From: a bacterium
Lineage (GTDB): Bacteria > UBA8248
DNA: 64,000 nt
Assembly (NCBI GenBank): GCA_965200245.1
Contig: CBDATS010000005.1
Span: 128,001 to 192,000 of the forward strand
Direction of reading: 5' to 3'
Shown: one piece after another, positions 57,833-64,000 of the stretch
Layout: each line of letters opens with the position of its first letter
Numbering within the stretch: the first letter of the stretch is position 1
Position numbers and translations under genes: made by a program
The notes under the pieces: model-generated
Told to the model about the DNA's origin: nothing
Database searches by the model: none
Seen by the model: only the letters and a program-made list of their open reading frames with translations

Positions 57833-58969
57833 ATGGAAGATGCACCCATTCGAGGCCTTGAGGGCGTCATTGCGGCCGATACGAGGATATGCTCCCTGGA
57901 CGGCGAGAACGGGGTTCTGGGGTACTACGGCTACGATGTGCCCGAAATGGTGCGCAAGAGGGTTACCTTCGAGGAGGTCGTCTATCTCCTGTGGCACGGC
58001 GAATTGCCCACCCGCGAACGTCTGAAGGAATTCGACAAGGCCATGAAGGCCGAGCGCGCCCTCTCGTCCGGAATGCTGCGCGCCCTGAAACAGGTACCTC
58101 CCGGCGAGCAGAGAACGGCGGCGTTAAGGGGAGGCTTGGGGATTCAGGGGCTATTCGATCCCGAGGCGGAAAATTCCTCTGTGGAGGCGAACCGCAGAAA
58201 GGCGCTCAGGCTCACCGCGAAAATGCCCACCATCGTCGCGGCGCAACACCGCTTGGCGGCGGGCCTCAAACCCCTGAACCCGCGTAAGGGTCTCGGGCAC
58301 GCGGCGAATTTTCTCTACATGATCACGGGCAAGACACCCGACAGGATCGACGCCCGTGCACTCGACGCCACCCTCGTCCTCTATGCAGAACACGAATTCA
58401 ACGCCTCTACCTTCGCGACGCGCGTCGTCACTTCCACCATGTCGGACATTTACTCCGCCGTTACGGCGGGCGTCAGTGCTCTCAAGGGACCACTGCACGG
58501 GGGCGCAGGCCTCGCGGTGATGGAGACTTTACGGGAGATCGGCGACATCAAGAACGTGGAGCCCTTCGTTGAGGCAGCGCTCGCCAGAAAAAGGCTCTTC
58601 ATGGGCTTCGGCCATCGGGTCTACACCAGGAGCGGCGATCCACGCGCCAGCGTGCTCATCCAGTTGGCAGAGGAAGTGTGCCATCGGCCCGGTCGCGACG
58701 CCAAATGGTTCGACATGGCACGCGCGCTCGACAACGCCGTGCAGAGCCGGAAGGGCGTCATTCCCAACGTGGACTTCTACTCGGCACCGCTGTGGCAGGG
58801 GCTGGGCATTCCCATGGAGCTGTTCGTCCCCATCATCGCCATGTCACGGGTCGCGGGCTGGACAGCCAACATCCTCGAGCAGCAGGCTGACAACCGTCTC
58901 ATCCGTCCACGGGCGCGCTACACCGGCCCCGAAAAGCGGCGTTACAGGACGTTGAGAAGCCGTGACTGA
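57833..58969 (+). CDS. Citrate synthase / 2-methylcitrate synthase family protein
   Basis: GLEGV, AEHEFNASTF, KGPLHGGA, MGFGHRVY and PNVDFY. Confidence 0.92.
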   Translation: MEDAPIRGLEGVIAADTRICSLDGENGVLGYYGYDVPEMVRKRVTFEEVVYLLWHGELPTRERLKEFDKAMKAERALSSGMLRALKQVPPGEQRTAALRGGLGIQGLFDPEAENSSVEANRRKALRLTAKMPTIVAAQHRLAAGLKPLNPRKGLGHAANFLYMITGKTPDRIDARALDATLVLYAEHEFNASTFATRVVTSTMSDIYSAVTAGVSALKGPLHGGAGLAVMETLREIGDIKNVEPFVEAALARKRLFMGFGHRVYTRSGDPRASVLIQLAEEVCHRPGRDAKWFDMARALDNAVQSRKGVIPNVDFYSAPLWQGLGIPMELFVPIIAMSRVAGWTANILEQQADNRLIRPRARYTGPEKRRYRTLRSRD

Positions 58970-60944
58970 TCCGGGAACGCGCAGCCTCACGCAAAAGCTC
59001 ATCGACGCGCACCTGGTTTCGGGTGCTTCGAGAACACCGGGTGAAGAAGTCGAAATACGAATCGACCAGGTACTCTTGCAGGACGCATCCGGCCCGACCG
59101 CCCTGCTCCACTTCGAGGCGATGGGCCTTGCGCGCGTGAAGCAGAAAACGGCCGTCATGTACGGCGACCACCAGACCATCCAGGTCAACAGCCTCCACAC
59201 CGACGCCCACCGCTTCATGCTCGGTTTCTGCCGAAAGCACGGCATCCATTTCTCGAAACCGGGAAACGGCATCTGCCACAATGTGCATCTGGAAGAATTC
59301 TCGATCCCCGGCGAGAGTCTTATCGGAACGGATTCACATACCCCCCAAGGCGGCGCGGTAGGAATGCTCGCCGTGGGTGCTGGCGGCATGGACGTTGCGA
59401 CCACCATGGCAACGGGCGCGACCATCATCCCGCGTCCAGTCATCGTCGAGGTAAGACTCACCGGGAAGCTGGGGGCCTGGGCCACGGCGAAAGACGTCAT
59501 TCTCGAACTCTTGCGCCGCCTGGGCGCGCGTGGAGGAATCGGCAAATATTTCGAATACACAGGATCCGGCACCCGCACTCTCACGGTGCCGGAGCGTTTC
59601 ACCATCGCGAGCATGGGCACGGAACTCGGCCTTACGGGCAGCATTTTCCCGAGTGACGCACAGACAAAGATGTTCTACGAACGCATTGGCCGCCTCGCCG
59701 ACTGGTCACCGCAGGAAGCGGAAACGGACGCCAAGTATGACGAGAGAATCGAACTCAACCTCGCAGACATCCAGCCACTCGTCGCCCTGCCCTCCAATCC
59801 CGAGAATGTCGTCCCCGTCACAGAAACCCTCGGCATACCCATCCACCAGGTCATCATCGGAAGCTGCACGAACGGCACGTTCACCGACATAGCCTCTTTC
59901 GCGCAGGTGCTGAGAGGCCGCAAGGTGGCCGACAGCGTCGATGCGATTGCCTTTCCGGGTAGCCGACAGGCATTTGAGGAACTTGCGAGAGAGGGACACC
60001 TGGCCGATCTGCTCGCTGCAGGCGTATGCATCTCGGAATCAACGTGTGGTTCGTGCCCCGGCTATGCGCACATCCCCGCCCCGGGCATGAACTCCCTGCG
60101 CACATTCAACCGGAACTTCAAGGGCCGCTCCGGACTGAGCGAGGACGCTGTCTATCTCGCAAGTCCCGAACTAGTCGCCGTGGCAGCCCTGCACGGCGAG
60201 ATAAGAGACCCGAGAGACGAAGGAAATGCACCCGAGGTTCTGCTCCCTTTCCGTTTCGCAAGCGACAAGACGGCAATCGTGGAACCAGCGGAGGCTCCGG
60301 CGGAGGTGGAGATTATCCGGGGACCCAATATCCAGCCTGTTCCGGTGGGAGAGTCACTCGGCGATTCCTATACGGGAGAAATCCTCATCAAATTGGGCGA
60401 TAACGTATCGACCGATCACATCAGCCCGGCGGGCGTCGAGGCCATCACCTACAGAACGAACATGCCGGCACTGGCCGATTTCACCTTCAGGCGCGTGGAT
60501 GAAACGTTCGCCTCCCGAGCGCGGGAGGCGAACGGCGGCGTTATCGTCGGGGGAAAGACATACGGACAGGGGTCCGCCCGCGAGCAGGCGGCCATCTGCC
60601 CGATGACACTCGGTGTGCGTGCCGTCATCGCCAAGAGTTTTGCGAGAATCCACCGGGCGAACCTCATCAACTGGGGTATCCTGCCGTTGACGTTCACCGA
60701 TGAGGATGACTACCAAAAGGTGGACCTCGGCCAGAACCTCTCGATATCGAACATCAAGGATTCGCTCACGACGGGTCTTTTCCAGATCGAAAACCGGGAT
60801 ACAGGCAACACCTTCGGTGCCTCGTGCCCGCTCACGGAACGCGAGCGGCGCATGCTCGCCGCGGGCGGCGCGCTGGCCCTCGCACGCATCGTGGGAGGAA
60901 GTTCAGGCACGGCAAACCCCTTTCACAGGCAGAACGGGGCCTGA
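58962..60944 (+). CDS. Aconitate hydratase family (short single-chain type)
   Basis: QDASG, GICH, DSHT, Fe-S ligands GSCTN and CGSC, NRNF.GR, TDHISP and KSFARIH..NL. Confidence 0.9.
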   Translation: MTDPGTRSLTQKLIDAHLVSGASRTPGEEVEIRIDQVLLQDASGPTALLHFEAMGLARVKQKTAVMYGDHQTIQVNSLHTDAHRFMLGFCRKHGIHFSKPGNGICHNVHLEEFSIPGESLIGTDSHTPQGGAVGMLAVGAGGMDVATTMATGATIIPRPVIVEVRLTGKLGAWATAKDVILELLRRLGARGGIGKYFEYTGSGTRTLTVPERFTIASMGTELGLTGSIFPSDAQTKMFYERIGRLADWSPQEAETDAKYDERIELNLADIQPLVALPSNPENVVPVTETLGIPIHQVIIGSCTNGTFTDIASFAQVLRGRKVADSVDAIAFPGSRQAFEELAREGHLADLLAAGVCISESTCGSCPGYAHIPAPGMNSLRTFNRNFKGRSGLSEDAVYLASPELVAVAALHGEIRDPRDEGNAPEVLLPFRFASDKTAIVEPAEAPAEVEIIRGPNIQPVPVGESLGDSYTGEILIKLGDNVSTDHISPAGVEAITYRTNMPALADFTFRRVDETFASRAREANGGVIVGGKTYGQGSAREQAAICPMTLGVRAVIAKSFARIHRANLINWGILPLTFTDEDDYQKVDLGQNLSISNIKDSLTTGLFQIENRDTGNTFGASCPLTERERRMLAAGGALALARIVGGSSGTANPFHRQNGA

Positions 60945-60945
60945 T

Positions 60946-62091
60946 ATGGGACAGATGAAATATCCAGCCGTCTTCATGCGCGGGGGCACGAGCCGAGCCA
61001 TCGTCTTCCACGAAAAAGACCTGCCTGAAGACCAGGCCGAGCGTGACACTATATTCCTCAAAGCCATCGGCAGCCCGGATCCGAACGGACGCCAGATCGA
61101 CGGCCTGGGCGGGGGGATATCTTCCCTGAGTAAAATCGCAGTCGTGGCGCCCTCGGGGCGCGCGGACGCGGACGTGGATTTCACCTTCGCTCAGGTGGGT
61201 GTTACGGACGAGAACGTTGACTACGCCGGCACATGCGGAAACATTTCGAGCGCGGTGGGGCCGTTCGCTGTGGATGAGGGTCTCGTGCAGACGAACGACG
61301 GGCTCGCCACCGTGCGCGTCTACAACACGAATACGGACAAGACGTATTATGCACACTTCCCGGTAGAAGACGGCATGGCAGGCGTCGATGGAGAGTATGA
61401 ACTGCCTGGCGTATCGGGCACGGGTGCGCTCATCACGCTTGAATTCATGGCCCCTGGTGGTGCGGCCACGGGAAAGCTCCTGCCCTCGGGAAACGTGATG
61501 GATACCTTCGAGATTGAAGGTATCGGCAGGATCGAGGCGAGCATGGTGGACGCCACTAATCCGATGGTCTTTGTCCGGGCCAAAGACCTCGGGCTAACCG
61601 GTGGAGAAGGCCCCGGTCTCATCGACAGTCGCGTCGAGGTGATGGTGAACCTGGAGCAGATCCGCGCCGAGGCAGCAGTACGCATGGGGCTTGCGCGCGA
61701 CAGAAGAGAGGCATCGGAGAGTGTGCAGGCGGTTCCCAAGGTGGTGCTTGTCTCCCCTCCCCTGGAATACATGGACCTGAAAGGCGAAATCATCGCGGCG
61801 GATGACTGCGACATCGCGGCCCGCATCATCTCCATGGGCAAGACCCACCGCGCCTTCGCCCTTACCGGTGCCATGTGCCTGGCCGTCGCCGCGCGGATAC
61901 CGGGTACCGCGGCACACGAGGCCGCCCGAAACGGTGCGGGCGACATTCGTCTGGGACATCCGTCTGGTGTGCAGACGATAAACGCGGTGATCACAGAGAC
62001 GCCCGAAGGACCTGTTGCAGACAAGGTGATCGTCTACCGGACGGCGAGAAGACTCATGGAAGGGATGGTCTGCGTACGTGCAGGTTCCTGA
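60946..62091 (+). CDS. prpF: PrpF-family (2-methylaconitate) cis-trans isomerase
   Basis: FMRGGTSR, GSPDPNGRQIDGLGGG.SSLSK, CGNISSAVGPFA, SMGKTH and RTARRLMEG. Confidence 0.92.
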   Translation: MGQMKYPAVFMRGGTSRAIVFHEKDLPEDQAERDTIFLKAIGSPDPNGRQIDGLGGGISSLSKIAVVAPSGRADADVDFTFAQVGVTDENVDYAGTCGNISSAVGPFAVDEGLVQTNDGLATVRVYNTNTDKTYYAHFPVEDGMAGVDGEYELPGVSGTGALITLEFMAPGGAATGKLLPSGNVMDTFEIEGIGRIEASMVDATNPMVFVRAKDLGLTGGEGPGLIDSRVEVMVNLEQIRAEAAVRMGLARDRREASESVQAVPKVVLVSPPLEYMDLKGEIIAADDCDIAARIISMGKTHRAFALTGAMCLAVAARIPGTAAHEAARNGAGDIRLGHPSGVQTINAVITETPEGPVADKVIVYRTARRLMEGMVCVRAGS

Positions 62092-62095
62092 AACG

Positions 62096-62971
62096 CTATC
62101 TCCTCTCTCCCGTCACGAGCCACACGCCCGTCGCCGTAAGTGCCGCGCCGATGAGCAGATGCCAGCCCAGCCGCTCGCCCAGATAGAGACCACTCCCCAC
62201 CACGCCGACGATGGGCGTCATGAAGAAGAACACCGATATCTTCGCAGGTGAATAGCGGAGCAGCAAATGGCCCCAGTAGGCCAGAAGCAGCGCGCTCGAT
62301 ATAACGCCCATGTAGAACACCGCGAAAATCTGCGGGCCGCCGATATAGGTGATCCCGAAATTCGTCTGAGAGAACGAAAGAAGAAAATAGACAGGCGCGC
62401 CGATGAGCATGGCCCATCTGGCGATCGAGACGACGTCGGATTTAGCGAGATACCGGCGATAGTGAATCGACTGCGTCGCCCAACCTGCAGCGGCAATAAG
62501 GATGTAGAAATCGGACCTCAGGGACCCGCCCGTTTCCATACTGTTCGAGAAGACGGTAATGGTGCCTGCCATCGCCGTCGCGAAGCCCAGCGCCCGCACG
62601 AGAGTGATGCGCTCGCCAGTAAGAAAGGCGGCGCTCAAAAGCATCACCCAGACCGGCTGCGAATAGAGGAGCACCGAGGCGCGCGCGGCCGCGGTTCCGA
62701 ACATCCCCTGGTAAAGGAACCAGATGTAAACGTTGTGCATCAGCGCGTTCAGGATTCTGTGACCTTTCTCCTTCCAAGGGTCTTGGTGGGTAACGCTGTC
62801 CGGGATACGCATCAGGAACCTGTAGAGCGTGAGGGTCAGGACCCCCGTGCAGCACCGCATCCAGATCATGGCGTATGGGGTAACACCCGCGTAGGCGCCC
62901 TTGATGACGGGCTGTGCCATGCCCCAGACCGCCGTAAGCAGCAGCGATCCCAGAACCAGTTCGAGCGTCAT
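62096..62971 (-). CDS. EamA/DMT-family transporter
   Basis: About 10 TM helices, two repeats ending LTGERI and LGERL; start uncertain. Confidence 0.85.
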   Translation of the reverse strand: MTLELVLGSLLLTAVWGMAQPVIKGAYAGVTPYAMIWMRCCTGVLTLTLYRFLMRIPDSVTHQDPWKEKGHRILNALMHNVYIWFLYQGMFGTAAARASVLLYSQPVWVMLLSAAFLTGERITLVRALGFATAMAGTITVFSNSMETGGSLRSDFYILIAAAGWATQSIHYRRYLAKSDVVSIARWAMLIGAPVYFLLSFSQTNFGITYIGGPQIFAVFYMGVISSALLLAYWGHLLLRYSPAKISVFFFMTPIVGVVGSGLYLGERLGWHLLIGAALTATGVWLVTGERR

Positions 62972-63012
62972 TCCGTCTACGACGGATGATCTGGAAGGGC
63001 CGGAGGAACCGT

Positions 63013-63423
63013 TCAACCGTTCTTCCCGGACTTGCGTGGCCGCTCGCATATTTCGATACGAATATTCTCGGGTCCCTTGATGAAGGCGATCATGCGGCCG
63101 CCCACACCTGCGGGCACAGGTGGCATCGAGACCTCGGCGCCCCGCTCTTCCAAACGGGCGACCGCCGCCACCACGTCGTCGACTGCGACGCCGAGGTGAT
63201 CCAGCCCGTGCGTCAGTTCGGGCGCAACGGAGTCGGGTTCATCGCCCGGACGGTAACCCCGGATGCGCAGGTCTCCTTCGCCGAGCTTGTATATGGCGTA
63301 GGGCGCACCCTTGAAATCCTCCTCGTAGGAGATAGGCTCGAGTTCGAAGACGCGTTCGAAGAAATCCGCCATGGCTCGGACATCTCGCGTCAGGAAGTGC
63401 ACGTGGTCGTACCGGAATTCCAC
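63013..63423 (-). CDS. VOC-family protein (glyoxalase/epimerase-like)
   Basis: YDHVHF, GLDHLGVAVDD and AFIKGPENIRIEI; AAGGAG RBS. Confidence 0.88.
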   Translation of the reverse strand: MEFRYDHVHFLTRDVRAMADFFERVFELEPISYEEDFKGAPYAIYKLGEGDLRIRGYRPGDEPDSVAPELTHGLDHLGVAVDDVVAAVARLEERGAEVSMPPVPAGVGGRMIAFIKGPENIRIEICERPRKSGKNG

Positions 63424-63536
63424 AATAAACTCCTTTCATGATTGTTCATTTTCGCGCGCTCATATTACGCTGAACCGAGAATCCCACAGGAAACACCGTT
63501 TGCACAAACGATTTTCATCTTGAGGGAAGGATACTC

Positions 63537-64000
63537 ATGCCGAAGACAAAAATCACGAGCGAAGAGCACCGGGCAAATCATGGCGGAGCCGAACTGTTCT
63601 TGTGGAGGAAGCGAAAGGAGGGGCCCGGAAAACCGGGAGACGCGGTACTCCTCGTGCACGGTTCATCCATGGCCTCGACGCCCACGTTCGACCTTCAGGT
63701 GAAGACCCGCCCCGGATATTCCCTGATGGACTATCTCGCAGAACATGGCTTCGACGTCTGGTGTGTGGACTGCGAGGGCTACGGAAAATCCACCAAATCG
63801 AGGCGGGTCTCCTGCGGGATCGAACGCGGCGCCAGGGACGTTCTGGCGGCGGCGAACACCATCCGCCAAGTGGGCGGAGCCCGTGCTGTTCATCTTTACG
63901 GCATTTCATCCGGTGCACTGCGGGTCGCCCTTTTCGCACAGAAAAACCCCCGCCGCGTAAAGCGACTAATCCTCGACGCCTTCGTATGGACTGGAGAAGG
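63537..64000 (+). CDS. Alpha/beta hydrolase (partial, runs off window; absent from ORF track)
   Basis: Translates as MPKTK...VLLVHGSSMASTPTFDLQV...DCEGYGKS...YGISSGALR with no stop before the window end. Confidence 0.88.
   Translation, partial: MPKTKITSEEHRANHGGAELFLWRKRKEGPGKPGDAVLLVHGSSMASTPTFDLQVKTRPGYSLMDYLAEHGFDVWCVDCEGYGKSTKSRRVSCGIERGARDVLAAANTIRQVGGARAVHLYGISSGALRVALFAQKNPRRVKRLILDAFVWTGE

Noticed and set aside
1-64000. CRISPR arrays, tRNA/rRNA genes, intact transposases or prophage genes
   Set aside because: I saw no regularly spaced repeats, cloverleaf or rRNA signatures, or transposase/phage motifs. Short RNAs could be missed without a covariance search.

Overview
GC-rich bacterial chromosomal window with no rRNA, tRNA, CRISPR array or intact IS/phage gene that I can see. 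It has three zones. (1) About 1-24.4 kb is intact housekeeping DNA, almost all on the minus strand: an HtrA tail, dgt, alkA, a NodIJ-type ABC exporter, gdhA, transaldolase, pyrR-pyrB-pyrC-carA-carB, two PPIases, mfd, rodZ and aroF. Two RNA-level control elements missed by the ORF track sit here: a PyrR-binding loop that hides the RBS of a 38-aa leader ORF running through a terminator, and a Phe/Tyr-rich leader-peptide attenuator ahead of DAHP synthase. (2) About 24.5-46 kb is an accessory zone being eroded: an amidohydrolase pseudogene, a RelE relic, a collapsed type I R-M operon with toxin genes broken but antitoxin genes intact, a nucleoside-type ABC importer with both permeases damaged, and cyclase-fdrA-DUF1116. 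One operon here is intact: two acyl-CoA dehydrogenases, a predicted UGSC selenoprotein (in-frame TGA plus SECIS-like hairpin) and a conserved-looking partner protein. This is my best candidate for an undescribed system. (3) About 46.8-64 kb is a catabolic island for an unknown organic acid: hydrolase, CoA-transferase, thioesterase, TAXI-TRAP transporter, VOC enzymes, 2-hydroxyacid dehydrogenase, citrate-synthase-like enzyme, a variant aconitase and PrpF. All calls come from motif recognition by eye; no database search was run.
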